Shown here: positions 12,575 through 25,887 of the stretch, one piece after another | Layout: every line of letters starts with the position of its first letter | How positions within the stretch are numbered: the first letter of the stretch is position 1 | Source: Chiloscyllium plagiosum | Taxonomy: Eukaryota | Reading direction: 5' to 3' | DNA: 64,000 bases | Assembly: GCF_004010195.1 (NCBI RefSeq) | Contig: NC_057753.1 | Location: 4,508,900-4,572,899, forward strand | Notes under the pieces: generated by a model | Database searches by the model: none | The model's input: the letters and a program-made list of their open reading frames with translations, nothing else | Told to the model about the DNA's origin: nothing | Position numbers and translations under genes: made by a program

Positions 12575-13790
12575 GAACAAAGAAGAAAGAAAATGTACAG
12601 CCCAGGAACAGGCCCTTCGGCCCTCCAAACCTGAGTCGATTCAAATGTACTGTCTAAACCTGTCGCCCAGTTCCTAAGAATCTGCATCCCTCGACTCCCC
12701 ACTTACTCATGCATTTATCTAGATGCACCTTAAATGAATCTACCGTGCCTGCCTCTACCACCTCTGCTGGCAACGCGTTCCAGACGCCCACCACCCTCTG
12801 TGTGAAGTATTTGCCGCGTGCATCCCCCTTAAACTTTCCATCTCTCATCTGGAAAGCGTGACCTCTCGTTATTGAATCCTTCACCCTGGGGAAAAAGCTT
12901 GTCTCTATCCACCCTGTCTATACCCTTCATGATTTTGTAAACCTCAGTCAGGACCCCCCTCTATCGCCTTTTCTCTAATGAAAATAAACCAAACCTACTC
13001 AACCTCTCTTCATAGCTAGCACCTTCCATCCCAGACAACATCCTCGTAAACCTTCTCTGCACCCTCTCCAAAGTGTCCACATCCTTCTGGTAATGTGGCA
13101 ACCAGAAATGTACACAGTATTCTAAATGTGGCCGAACCAATGTCTTGTATGATTTTAACATGACTTGCCAGCTCTTATATTCAATACCCCGTCCAATGAA
13201 GACAAGCATACCATATACCATCTTGACCACTCTATCCACCTGTGCAGCAACCTTCAGGGTACAATGGACCTACAGTGCCCTCTTCCAGATCATTGATGTA
13301 TATTACAAACAACAGTGGCCCCAATACTGACCCCTGTGGAACACCACTGGTCACCTTTCTCCATTTCGAGAAACTCCCTTCAACTACTACTCCCTGTCTC
13401 CTGCTGCTCAACCAGTTCTTTATCAACCTCGCTAGAACACCCTGCACACCATGTGACTTCACTTTCTCCATTAGTTTACCATGAGGAACCTTATCAAACG
13501 CCTTACTAAAGTCCATGTGCATGACATCAACAGCCCTTCCTTCATCTATCAACTTGGTCACTTCCTCTGCTAAGTTGGTAAGGCACGATATCCCCCTCAC
13601 AAAACCATGTTGCCTATCACTGATAAGCCCATTATTTTCTAAATATAAATAGATCCTATCCCTCAGTACCTCCTCCAGCAACTTTCTCACGTTAGGCTCA
13701 TTGGTCTGTAGTTACCCGGAATATCCCTACTACCTTTCTTGTACAGGGGGACAACATGAGCAATCCTCCAGTCCGGCACTTCACCTGTAT
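12575..13790 (-). mobile_element. CR1 LINE 3' portion
   Basis: QHGF...[11 protein letters not shown]...[13 protein letters not shown] (13232-13690), RPHLEYC...ERVQRRFTRM (12961-13239), AAGAACAAAGAA tail. Confidence 0.9.
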
Positions 13791-14085
13791 GTTGGTGAAT
13801 TAACTAGTGCACTTCCTGTCTGAAAGGCAGACTCCATTATCTCAATCTAGAGTTGTTCTCTCAAAGAGTTTCATGTAATCACATTCTCTTTGCAAATTGT
13901 TTGGAACAAGATATTTCATAAAACCTGAACATGTGCGAACCAAAGTTACTTGTGATTCTGTGATGGGTAGTTTTAATGCTGTTCTAGGAAACTTTTTATT
14001 TTCGATTGTGCAAATACTTTAACAACACGCAAACTGAAAGTGGTGGAGAAACTCAACAGACCTGGCAGCATTTGTGGAGTGCAAA

Positions 14086-14336
14086 CAGAGTTAACATTTC
14101 AAGTCCAGTGATCTTTTTTTCTTTAGATATCTTATCAAGGTGTGGCTGTGTCTGTCTGAGTACTGTAAGCATATGAAAATATTGAAACGAGAAGGGTGAG
14201 TAGAAAATGTTGTTTGTGGGCGGCACGGTGGCACAGTGGTTAGCACTGCAGAGTTAACATTTCAAGTCCAGTGATCTTTTTTTCTTTAGATATCTTATCA
14301 AGGTGTGGCTGTGTCTGTCTGAGTACTGTAAGCATA
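14086..14336 (+). repeat. 88-bp direct duplication flanking a ~31-bp HE1 SINE head
   Basis: 14086-14173 matches 14249-14336; GGGCGGCACGGTGGCACAGTGGTTAGCACTG at ~14218-14248. Confidence 0.85.
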
Positions 14337-14879
14337 AATGTTGTTTAGAAGAGTATTGGGCAAAAATGCATTGACCGCAAAAATAAAGCACTTGCTTTCA
14401 ACCCTTCAGTAGCAATGCTCAACTCTAAGTAAAACACTGTGTCCAATTCTAAATTCCATGTTTTATGTTGATTATAAAGGCCTTTGAGAATGTGACAACG
14501 AGATTACTGGAATCATATTCTTCTGCAACTTAAGAAAGTCTAGAATCATCGGCTTCAGTCTTTTTAAAACAACGAAGCAAAGGGTTGATTTGATAATGAT
14601 TTGAGAAAGATAATCAAAACCATGGATGGTTTGGTGGAATAAATGACAGAAAAAAACAGTGGAATACACAACATTGGCAAACATGACACATTTAATCGGA
14701 GAAAACCATTATTTTCACAGTGAAGTGTTAGGTTATCGAATGTGCCACTTTTAACTGTGGTGCAATAGGAATGTTCAAAAGGGGATGATGGCGTAACGGC
14801 AGAAAAATGGAACAGCAGGATTATAAGGCAATAGAAAGCAACGAAGCTAATTGATTAGCACTTGCAAAGAGCCATCTTC

Positions 14880-15360
14880 AAGAATAAAATCATAGGAGTA
14901 GAGTTAGATCATTTGACCTGTCAGGTCTGTTGGTATTCAATGAGATCTTGGATGATTTGATAATCCACAACTCCACTTTCCTGGCTTTCATGCATAACCC
15001 TCGATTCCTTTACTGATTAAAAGTCTGCCTATCTCAGCGTTGAATATACTTAATGACTCTTCCTCAGCATCCCTTTGGAGAAACAAATCTACAGATTCAC
15101 TACCCTCTGAGAGATTAATTTCTGGCTTAAATGGGTGACCCGTTATTCAGAAATTATGTCCGCTCGTAGTAAAATCTCCCATAAAGGAAGTTACTGTTCT
15201 ATCTATAAATTAAGTTCTTTTGGCTGCCGAATATTTTATATACATATAGATCTATATCTATATATCGATAATCAGGGCTCCAAAAGAACTCAGTAACATC
15301 ATCTCTTATTCATCTGAGCTCCGATGAGTACAGACGCAAGCTTCTCAACCACTTATTTGA
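14880..15360 (-). mobile_element. CR1 LINE 3' fragment
   Basis: Similar to the 3' ends at 6240-7160 and 32920-33300. Confidence 0.65.
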
Positions 15361-15674
15361 AATTCCTTTCTTACCATAGAAGAACCTTCACTTATTTGAC
15401 ATGTTTATGTCCTTCGTGCATTCTTTCTGTCATCCTCACCACTTGCCTTCCCCCCACTTATTTTTGTGTTACCCACTTTATTTACATTAATCTATAATCC
15501 TATGATAACTAACAATGACAAACGATTATATATGTTCAGAGATTCCCCAACGCAAAAACAATTAAACGTTTTTTCAAATCGATTGAAAAGTGTCCAATTC
15601 TGTTTCTACTTTTAAATTGCTACATTTTGTGAAGAGTTTCAGACATCACCAGTAAGTTACAGCATGATCTTAGC

Positions 15675-15881
15675 TGAAAATGTGTTGCTGGAAAAGCGCA
15701 GCAGGTCAGGCAGCATCCAGGGAACAGGAGAATCGACGTTTCGGACATAAGCCCCTGAAGAAGGGCTTATGCCCGAAACGTCGATTCTCCTGTTCCCTGG
15801 ATGCTGCCTGACCTGCTGCGCTTTTCCAGCAACACATTTTCAGCTCTGATCTCCAGCATCTGCAGACCTCACTTTCTCCTC
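15675..15881. mobile_element. Young fold-back PLE-derived mini-element (family A) with target duplication
   Basis: 83-bp arms 15672-15754 / 15763-15845 (one mismatch seen), 8-nt loop CTGAAGAA; CAGCATGATCTTAGC at 15660-15674 and 15882-15896. Confidence 0.9.
15755..15790 (+). ncRNA. Minimal type-I hammerhead ribozyme core (5' strand of helix I lost)
   Basis: CUGAAGA-A-GGGC(UUAU)GCCC-GAAA-CG-UC; predicted cleavage after 15782. Confidence 0.65.
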
Positions 15882-16126
15882 CAGCATGATCTTAGCAGTG
15901 CAGGTCATGCCGAAAATGTTCAATTTTCCATTCTGTCCAATCTAATTCCGTCCAGTGTTGGAAATAAGGTTTAAATGGAAAATTATATCGCATGCTTTTT
16001 TTCCTCTCTCTGACTTGTTCTAATTAATGTCAAAGTTGGTGCAGCGAAACCTGTTTGTTCAAAGGCAGTAAAGCGTATTAATTGTGGTGCTGCCTAATTG
16101 TGTCTCGAGGGTAGTTTACTATGAGG

Positions 16127-16133
16127 TATAATA
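16127..16133 (+). promoter_or_regulatory. TATA-like element of the GPCR gene
   Basis: TATAATA ~70 nt upstream of the exon-1 ATG at 16202. Confidence 0.4.
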
Positions 16134-16201
16134 GTGCATTCTTTCATAATCGAACCGAGTGCAAAGAGGACGCTGAGCAGACCACTTGCCTCACTCAGAA
16201 A

Positions 16202-16271
16202 ATGCACCTTCCACCAAGTGGCCTTGTCTACGCAATTTACTACACTACACTTGCAGTCATCGCATTCCCAG
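16202..16271 (+). CDS. GPR139-like: GPR139-like class A GPCR, coding exon 1
   Basis: MHLPPSGLVYAIYYTTLAVIAFP + G, then donor CAG|GTAAAA. Supplies the first half of TM1 and is phase-1 compatible with the acceptor at 31077. Confidence 0.8.
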
Positions 16272-16499
16272 GTAAAATATTCAGCAAGTTACTCATTACA
16301 AAAGGGTGCTTACTTCTATATCATCAGTAATAAGGGTTCGATAACGTTGTATGCAAAATGTGACCCACAATGTTGTCTGCACAACAGTATCTTGATCAAA
16401 AATGCAAGCTGAGGAATTAAATTGTTCTTTTCAGGATATGATTTCTTGGAATTATCTTTGTGTATTGCTTTTTTTTCCCCACAAGTGAAGTTGGTGTGT

Positions 16500-17680
16500 G
16501 CAATTGTGTGCGGTTTTGGAATTCACATTATAAGAGGAATTCGATTGCATTGGAGAGGATGCAACAGAGATTTAGCAGAATGTTGCCTGGGCTGGACAAC
16601 TTCGGTTATGAAAAGAGATTGGATAGACTTTGGTTGTTTTTGTTCAAGCAGAAAACATTGAAATGGGACATAATTGAGATGAATAAAATGGTCAGCAGTA
16701 TAGATAGGGTAGACAGGGAGGAACTTGGTGGAGAGATCAATCACTTCAAGGTTCAAGGATATCAAGACAGACGCTGGAGTTTAGAAGTGATGTGAAGCAA
16801 AGCTTTTTCACCGAGACAGTAGTGAGAATCTGGAATGGACTGCGTGTAAGGATGATAGAGGCAGAAACCTTCACAACATTTAAGAAGTCTTTAGACACAT
16901 AAGATGCAAAAGCATGCAAGGCTCCTGGGCAAACAGCTGAAAACAGGATTAAAGTAAGTAGTTATTTTTGATGTGCACGGACTCAATGGGCAGTTTTCTG
17001 TGTTGTAGATCTCTACGACTCTATGATGCAAAGCAAAACAAAATGAAATTGATGACAGGGTCAGAACCAGGTGTCACAATCCAAAGATATGGGGTCGGCC
17101 ATTTATGATTGAGATGAAAATAAATTTCTTCACCAAGACCATGGGTGAATCTATGGAATCCTCTGCCACAGAAACAGTTGAGACCGAAGTATTCCAAGAA
17201 CCAGATGAATAATGTTCTTACAGCTAACAGGGGTGAAGGCTATGGGGAAAAGGTGGTAACTGTGTACTAAGTCAGAAGATCAGTCATGATCATAATAGAG
17301 ATATACAATCCCTACAGTGTGGAAACAGGCCGTTCGGCCCAACAAGACCAAACCGATCCTCCAAAGAGTAACCCATCCAGACCCATTCCCCTACCCTAAT
17401 ACCCTACACATCCCTGAACACTGTGGGCAATTTAGCATGGCAAATCCACCCGAACCTGCACATCTTTGTGAATGTGGGTGGAAACCATAGCACCCGGAGG
17501 AAAGCTACAGAAAATGTGCAAATTCCACACAGACAGTCGCCCAAGGTTAAAATTGAACCTTGGTTCCTGGTGCTGTGAGTCAGCAGTGCTAACACTGAGC
17601 CACCCCGCCGCCTCCATAATGAATGAGCAGGCTTGAAGGGATCCATGCGCAGCTGCTGGCTCTATTTTCTATAGAACACA
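16500..17680 (+). mobile_element. CR1 LINE 3' fragments with nested HE1 SINE (-, ~17300-17611)
   Basis: ALERMQQRFSRMLPGL peptide; SINE core and head on -. Confidence 0.75.
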
Positions 17681-19537
17681 GAACAGTGTTCAGAATTCAC
17701 TGACGTGCATTTCAAAGGACTGCAAAACTGGAAGAAAGTGTGAGACGCAAAGAGGAAAGCATTTCCTGCTCGGCAAGGCTTCTCTTAACACATCCACTAA
17801 AAAAACATTCAATCCATCACTGACATTCAGCAGCAGCAGGGTGTACCACTGCAGACATTCACCAATACTCTTTTTCACAGCATTGTTCAAACCCACAGTC
17901 TCTATTTGTGCAGATACATAGGAACACTATCATCTACAAGTTCCTGTTTCAGACACTCACCGTCCTGCCTTGGAAATATGGCATGGTTCCATCGGTGAAA
18001 TTGGATCGAAATTCTGGAAGTCCCTCCCTGATGGTCATGTGGGTCTCTCTACAGCACATGGACTGCAGCAGTTCAAGGAAGCAACTCATCACCATTTTCT
18101 AATGGGCAAAAAACTCTCAACCAGCCAAATAGTTGAAATTTTCCAACTGTACTTGATGTGTTCAATGAGCTGGAGTAGAGCGCAGGAAAATTTCAGAGGC
18201 AGTGCTATCTTGGAGAAATATGTTCCTTATAAGCATCTAGAATTGTGTCTGCGAATAAATGCTTGTTGGAGCTGACCCTATATTTGAGAATGACAAAATT
18301 GTTGACTAACTGATTTCAAAAGCTTGTTTCAGCATTTATGCTCAAACTGGTTGGCCAACTGATTTAAAAAGCCTGCTTTAGCATTTAAGTGAAACAATAG
18401 TGCCTTTGAGAAAGGGTTATTCTGAGGCAAAAGGGAGCATTATCTAAACACTATGTTACAAGGAAATATTCAAGGACGAACAATTCAAAAATTTGTAACA
18501 AACACAGATGCGTAGAAGGAAACTTTGAGTTATCATTAAACTACAAGTAAATAATTCCTGTCTCATTAATGAAAAGGTGCTGTACCACTTGTTGAACAGT
18601 GTTAGTTAAGCATCATGCAGCCATGAAGACAGCAGCTAAAGATCTCTTGCAAAAATTAGCTGTTTCCCGGGGACATCTTTATAATATTATAAAAAAGGTT
18701 CTAGTTAAAGATTCTTCAAATGATCACAGAAGTAGAGTTCAATGTAATTATAAAAATTTACAATGACAAAACATTAGCGATGTTTGGCATATCTTGTCTG
18801 ATTAGCTAAAGAGTTCTAACAGTATTAGCAATTATAAAAACTTATAATAAAGACTAATATATTGAAACTTATAACAAAATCAACTGTCTTTTATACAAAA
18901 AGGACCAATGGAAGTTGGTAGACATAGCAAGAACAATGAACAATAAAATTCAAGCATGTCCTTAGAGATAAGCAAATCCATTATCAAAAGAAAACAGCCA
19001 GTAACTTTGGAATGCAACATATACAATAGGTGATAATTATTATTAAACATCGTGAAAGACGAGGGGAAGCTAGTGCTGTCATAAGAGTGTTCATCAAATT
19101 GGTCGTGTGAAGTGTAAGGGTATAGCAAACACGTTGTGATCATTGTAATGCAAAATGTTATTTACTGTAAAAATCAGTGTGTCATTGATCTCTCTTCCAA
19201 TCTGAGTTTCAGATTAAGGGGAATGATTGTGTTTTCATGTTGAGGCCAGATTCGAGGAAGATCGATTGGCCGTCTCTCTGTATTAACCGCTTCCTGTTTG
19301 ACTAAGAGTCTGTCACGTGCCTGATTCCTGTCTGCCTCCTGAGTCTTTGACCTGGGTGGCTGGGACAGTGCTGCAGGTGCATTTCCAGGGGAGTGTAGCC
19401 TAGGGAATGGAAAACAAACTGCAGAATTCAGGTAGCCCATGACAGAATGTTGTTTCAAGCTGTTGAAAGGCTATGTCGCTGAAATCTAAGGATTGCAAAT
19501 CCTTGTAAAGTACAAGATGAAGTGGCCTTCAAACTCA

Positions 19538-19640
19538 CCTCAGAAGAATCATACTGGACTCGAAACATTAACTCTATTCTATTCTTAACCAGATGCTGCC
19601 AGACCTGCTGAGTTTTTTCAGCAATTCTGCTTTTGCCTCT
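19538..19640 (+). mobile_element. PLE-related terminal repeat family C with degenerate hammerhead
   Basis: CAGAAGAATCATACTGGACTCGAAACATTAACTC...AGATGCTGCCAGACCTGCTGAG; related copies at ~14030-14122 (-) and ~61875-61945 (+). Confidence 0.6.
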
Positions 19641-19771
19641 GAATCTGTCTATCTTGGGGTTAGGCATTATTGCTGAGAAATCGGAAAGGGCTTTTTGATG
19701 ACATTACATATTTCGTGGAGGGGGCAGGAGGTGCTAGATGCTCGATTGTCTGTTACCTTGCCTGTTACCTA

Positions 19772-22062
19772 GTGAGAAGTGTGGGTGCTGGACAAAGAGC
19801 GTGGCTGGGAAAACCAGATCAAACAGCATCAGAGGAGAAGAGTAGTTGACGTTTCAGGTCAGAACCGTTTGTCAGCATGGATGGAGGGGAACGGGTTGCG
19901 ATATAAATAGAGGGAGTGGGGTGGGGCTGGGGGAAAGGGGAGTACAATGGCGATAGGTTTTTGCAGGTAGGAGGTGGTTGTGAGTGGTCAGTGGGAAGGG
20001 TGGAGCAGATAGGTGGAAGGAAGATGGTTAGGTAGGGTCAGGTTAAGGGGGTGGAGTGGGTCGCGAAAGCTAGGCCTGGGACAATGTGGAGTGGGGGCGT
20101 GGTGAGATTTGGAAACTGGTGTTAAGGCTGTCTAGTTATATGTTCCCAAGGTGGAAGATGGGGTGTTCTTCCTCTAGTTTGTGTTTGAACATGTGTTGAC
20201 GGTGTTGGAGGCCCAGGATGGGCATATCATCGGGAAAGTGGGAGAGGGAGTTGAAATGTATAGAAACCGGAAGGTGGGGTTTATTGGAACATGCAAAACA
20301 TATAGGCTCGCTGAACCGGTTCCTGAGTTTGGACTCGGTTTCTCCGATGTAGAGGAGAACACATTGGGAGCAACCAATGCAATGAATCAGGTTAGAGGAA
20401 ATGCATGTGAATTTTTGCCAGACGTGGAATTATTGTCTGGTGCTTTGGATTAACGTGAGGGAAGCAGGTATGAGGGCAGGTCTTGCACTTCCTGCGTCTG
20501 CAGGGGAAGGTTCCAGATGTGGTCAAGGGGTTGGTGGAGCGTGGATCTAATGAGGGAGTCACTGAGGGAATAGTCCCTGTGAAAACTGGATGGAGTGGGG
20601 AGGGAAATATCATTTTGGTGGTGAAGTCAAGCTGCAGGTGGCAAAGGTGGTGGAGCAACAAGCGTTAGACTTGGAGACAATGGGGTGGAATGTAGGACCA
20701 GGCGGACTATTAGATTAGATTCCCTACAATGTGGAAATAGACCCTTCCGCCCAACAAGTCCACACTGACCTGGCGAAGACCAAGCCACCCAGACCCATTT
20801 TCCTACTTTCACCCAGACTAATGCACCTAACACTACTGGCAATTTAGCCTGGCCAATTCACCTAACCTGCACATCTTTGGGGTGTGGGAGGAAACCGGAG
20901 CACCTGGAGGAAACCCACGCAGACACAGGGAGAACGTGCAAACCCCACACAGACAGTTGCCTGAGGCGGGACTTGAACCCCTGTCCCTGGTGCTGTGAGG
21001 CAGCAGTGCTAACCACTGTGCCACCACGCTGCCCTAATATCTTTGTTGTGGTTGTGGAGAGGAGTGTTTGTTTGAGGGTAGAGGTGCGGGTAGTAGAGAT
21101 GTGGATGAGGACATTGTTGCTCAGAGTGGAGGGGAAATGGTGCTCCTTCAGGTCGAAGAACAACTGGGATGTCCTGGAGTGGAATTGCTCACCCTGAGAG
21201 CAGATACATTGGAGGCTGAGGAATTGGGAGTATTGGATGACATTTCTGCAGGGTAGTTGGTGGGAGGAGTTGTAATCAAGGTACCTATTGGAGTCAATGG
21301 GTTAGTTGCCAGAGATGTCGAGGCCCAGGAAGCAGAGGGAGGTGTCAGAGGTGGTCCAGGTGAATTTCAGGTCAGGGTGGAAGGTGCGGTGCACACCTCC
21401 CTCCTCACTTCCATCCAAGGTCCCAAAGTACCATTCCAAGCCCAGCAGAGATTAACGTGCATTTCCTCTAACCAGATAGGCTGCATTTGTTGCTCACAAT
21501 CTGGTCTCCTCTACATCAGAGAAACCAAGCACAAACTTGGCGACTGGTTCCACCCCACCTTTGTGGTTGTCATCCATTTCAACTTCACCTCCCCCTCCCC
21601 TGACGACATATCCATCCTGGGCCTCCTCCACTGTCAACACAAGGCCACGCACAAACTGAGGGAAGAACACCTCATCTTCCACCTCGGTAACAGACAGCCA
21701 TACAGCCTCAACATGGAATTCACCAGCTTCCAAATCTTCCCGCCCCACCCCACCTCATCTCAGGCCCAGCCCTCCGTCTTCACCACACCCCAAGTCCTTA
21801 ACCTGATCCTATCTGTCCATCTTCCTTCCCACCTGTCTGCTCCGCCCTTTCCACTGACAAATCACAGCCTCGCTCTACCTGCACCTACCTGTCATCATCG
21901 CAACCATCTTTTCCCTTGCCCTACCCACCTCCCTGTATTTATTTCGCAGTCCCTTCCCCTCCCCAGTCCAGATGAAAGATTCTGACCTGAAATGTCAATT
22001 CCCCCTCTCCTCTGATGCTGCTTGACCTGCTGCATTTTTTCCAGCTCCACTCTTTATCCACT
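19772..22062. mobile_element. PLE family A in inverted configuration (- 19772-21385; + 21386-22062)
   Basis: GTFPCRRRKCKTC and LYIRETK GIY-YIG motifs on opposite strands; each arm ends in a degenerate hammerhead (~19848-19878 -, ~21968-21997 +). Confidence 0.85.
20709..21033 (-). mobile_element. HE1-type SINE nested in the PLE
   Basis: (ATTAG)n tail and tRNA-like head on -. Confidence 0.9.
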
Positions 22063-23506
22063 CTACTACATTTTTCTGCCTCATATTAAATTTGGGACGT
22101 TAGAACGTATTTTAAAATGTGTTTACATGACCTAAACATATTTTTGACAATAACCTCTTGCATATTTGTTTGAGTGAGTTTAATTTGCAATAAACTAATT
22201 GTTTGTTGCTGTTGATGAGTAAAAGCTCCTGGCTGACATGTGACTGGCACTGAATCAGACACAGTAGAAAATCAGCATCGTTGGCCAGAACAGGGCTTCG
22301 CTTCATTCAAACCTTATCATAATTCGTGGGTCAGGATGAGAAAGGGATTGATGCCCCCCTCAACCTCTGATGCAATGGTCTCAAGAATGCTTTCACATTC
22401 CATCTTCTGAAAGGTTTGTTCTACTTTCACAGTCAATGTGCATCAAAGCCCATCCCTCAACGGCCTGACAAAGTTGGCAGTCAGCTGTCTCCGTGAATCA
22501 CTGCAGTTGGTATGCTGTAGGTCTTTTCTCAGCTTTAAGCAAACTCACTACAAGCTCAACTTTGCTATTTTGTGAATGTTTCTGATCAATGGTCAAATCG
22601 GGTGCCCGATTACACCAGCAGAGAGATCACTCTGCTTCTAATTATCTCATGCAGTTCCAATCAATGCTTTGAGAGCCTGCTTCGTACGTGTTTATCTTCA
22701 AGTTCTGTCCTCCCTTCCTATTCCATGTGAATTACAATCACTTGTTCCAGCTTTGAGGAACTGTAGAACATCTTAAAACTGCACGTGATGCATATTAATG
22801 TTCTACTGAATGGTGTATTTCTTGAAACGCTGCAATACTTGTGTCTAGAGGCATCCTACTGCTTAGGAATCTCATGATGTTGACTCAGTGGGTATTCAGT
22901 TAATACTGACATTGTTCCAAGTTCAGGTTGGTGAGAGGCTTGGATAGGACCTTGCAGTTTGTGGTGTTCTCATGGCATTGTAATCTCCAAGCCTTAGGAT
23001 CTTTCTATGCATCATATTTATGCACATTCTAAAATTACTGGTTATCTCTGTCCCAGACTTGTTTATCTCTAAGTACTGCTTGAATTCTTTTGCCACTATA
23101 TTCCTTTGCTACCTCTATCAAATTCCATTACTCTGATATTTTCTACGTCCCAGTTTTCAAATGCTATCACATTCGGAGTGTTAATTAATTCCTTTTGTAA
23201 ATTTAGTTGTATGTAAAGTTTTACAACTACTCCTACTGTTAGCACTGTTTAACAAGTTGCGAATAATCTATTTCTTTAATGATATTTTTAGAGCTATTAC
23301 TTCTTAATATGGCGAATAACTTCAAAGAAACATCTGATTACTACAAAATAATGTTAGCTGTTGTTTTCATAGCTGCACAATAACTTCGGTTGACAGTCTC
23401 ATGAACTGAGATTTTCACCCATTGTTGTAACATGATGTCGTTTACCTAATAGGACAACATCCTTTCACTAATGAGGCTGCAATGAATCACTTGTCATACT
23501 TTAAAC

Positions 23507-23816
23507 GGCACGGTGGCCCAGTGGTTAGCACTGCTGCCTCACAGCGCCTGTAGACCCGGGTTCAATTCCCGACTCAGGCGACTGACTGTGTGGAGTTTGC
23601 ACATTCTCCCCGTGTCTGCGTGGGTTTCCTCCGGGTGCTCCGGTTTCCTCCCACAGTCCAAAGATGTGCGGGTCAGGTGAATTGGCTATGCTAAATTGCC
23701 CGTAGTGATAGGTTAAAGGGGTAAAGGTAGGGGTATGGGTGGGTTGCGCTTCGGCGGGTCGGTGTGGACTTGTTGGGCCGAAGGGCCTGTTTCCACACTG
23801 TAAGTAATCTAATCTA
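23507..23816 (+). mobile_element. HE1-type SINE, young
   Basis: GGCACGGTGGCCCAGTGGTTAGCACTGCTGCCTCAC...GGTTCAATTCC...GTAATCTAATCT; CpGs retained. Confidence 0.9.
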
Positions 23817-23999
23817 AATAACTTGCGTCTATCCATAGACATCTTCTGATCGAATGGTCTTTAATGGTTGTTTGTATAGAGCCTCCCGTTCACCTTGGAG
23901 TAGCCCTATTCAAAGGTACCGTTATGTTTCAGATTATGCTGGAGCAGACTGTTTCATTCTGCTGAACACTTGGCCGTCTTTCAAATATGGGCAGCCCTT

Positions 24000-25500
24000 A
24001 CATCTTGTCCTTCTCGATAATGGTAATCACGGGCTTGGAAGGTGTTGCTGGAGAAACCATGGTGTGCATCTGCAATGCATCTTATACAAGATGCAAACTG
24101 AAGCCATGGTGCTTCGGGGGTGGAGGGATAAATGGTGAAGGTAATAAATGGGAAGTGAATCAAGTGGGCTGCTTTGCCCTGGATGGTGTCAAGCTTCTTC
24201 ATTTTTTTTATTTTGAGTTGCACTCCTCCAGGCTGGTGAGGGTTATTCTATCACACTCCTGCGTCATGCTTTGTCAATTGAGGACAGTTTATGGTGGGGG
24301 GTGGGGGGAGCATTCAGGAGATGAACTGTACAATGCACGCTTCCTGACTTTTCACCCACTCTGGTATTTAAATGGGTGGTCCAATCCAGTTCTGGTCAAT
24401 GGTAACTGCCGGGGCATTGATTGTTAGGGATTCAGTGATGGTAACGCTATTGACTATCAACTGGAGGCGGTCATGTTCTCTTTTAGACCATAGAACAATA
24501 CAACACAGAAACAGGGCCTTTTGCCAACCATGTCTATGCCGACCATGATGCCACTCTAAACTAATCCCATCGGCCTGTATATGGTCTGTTTCCCTCTATT
24601 CCCTGCCTGATCATGTGTCGACCTAAATGCATCTTAAATGTTGTTATCAGATCTGTTATGTACACAATATTCCAATCTGGTGTAACTAAAATATTATACA
24701 GCTGCAACTTGACTTGCCAAATTTTATACTTAATGCCCTGGCCAATCTAGGCAAGTGTGTCGTATGCCTTTTTTCATACCTTATCCATTTGTATTGCCTT
24801 TTTCAGAAACTATGGACTAGCACCCCGAGATCCCTCTGTATATCAGTTCTCGTAAGGGTCCTGCCATTTACTAAATACTTTCCTCTTGCAAATGACCTCC
24901 CAAACTTCATCATGCCATTTTTCTGCCTAACTTTCCAAATGATCTATATTCTGTTGTACTTTTGGAAAACTTCCTCAGTATTCCCACCACCACCATAATT
25001 CATGTCATCTACAAACTTGCTAATCAGATCACTGACATTTTCATTCAAATCATCTCTATATCAATATAAATAGGAACAAGCCAAGTCCCAGCACTGATCC
25101 TTGCAGAACATGACTGGTCACTGATCTCCATTCAGAAAAATACTCTTCCACAACTGCCTTCTGTCTCCATGACGTCCAACCTCCCAACCCTTTAGAGATC
25201 CCAAGGGACTTGATCTTCTGGACCAGTGTACCATGAGGAATATCTTGGTTATTCTCCAGTCTTCTGAGACCTTACCTGTGGCTAAAGAGGATTCAAAGTT
25301 CTCTGTCAAGGCCCCAACAATCTCCTCCCTGGCCTCCCTCAGAATCTTGGGATAGATCCCAAAACGTCCTGGGGACCTATCTACATTAATGTTTCTCAAG
25401 ACATCCAACACAACCTCCTCCTTTATATTGACATGCTTGAGAAGATCAATATAGCTCTCCCTAATCTTAGCACCATCCATGTCACTCTCCTCACTTGTTC
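24000..25500 (-). mobile_element. Old LINE fragments (two families)
   Basis: KLDTIQGKAAHLI peptide; CATAGAACA tail at ~24490; DRSPG..IYPKILRE peptide (25118-25534). Confidence 0.7.
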
Positions 25501-25887
25501 GAGATATCCAATGTCTTGCAGTTGTGTGGTTCAAATGTTACATTTCACTCATAAGTCCAAGATGTGGTGTGATCAAGACTCGTTGCATATTGTTCTAGTA
25601 CATCAGCAGTCACTGAATGCCTTCATGCAATAGTTAGTGCACATCCACGTTTCTGATCTAAGAGGACGTCATTGATGAAGCAGCTGAAGTTAGTTTTGAA
25701 ATAACCCACAGAGGCTGATATCCTATCACCAAGTCACCCTTTATTTTCAGATGAAGTGTCCTTGACTCTATACTGCCTCTTCGGAATCAGCACATGGACT
25801 GCCAAAATCTCTCTCACTCCACTTACCATCTGTCAGCCAGGTTCCCCAATTGGACAAGATTAGCAGCCTCAATCTGGGAACTCACAC

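Noticed and set aside
15672..15845. MITE with terminal inverted repeats, or pre-miRNA
   Set aside because: Arms match PLE termini, are asymmetric between copies, and carry long variable target duplications.
18300..18388. Imperfect ~37-bp direct repeat
   Set aside because: Two diverged copies only; no functional indication.
21257..21985. 242-aa ORF as a host gene
   Set aside because: Chimeric read-through across the inversion junction of a PLE.
23507..23580. tRNA gene
   Set aside because: A/B-box-like sequence is the SINE head and continues into SINE body and tail.
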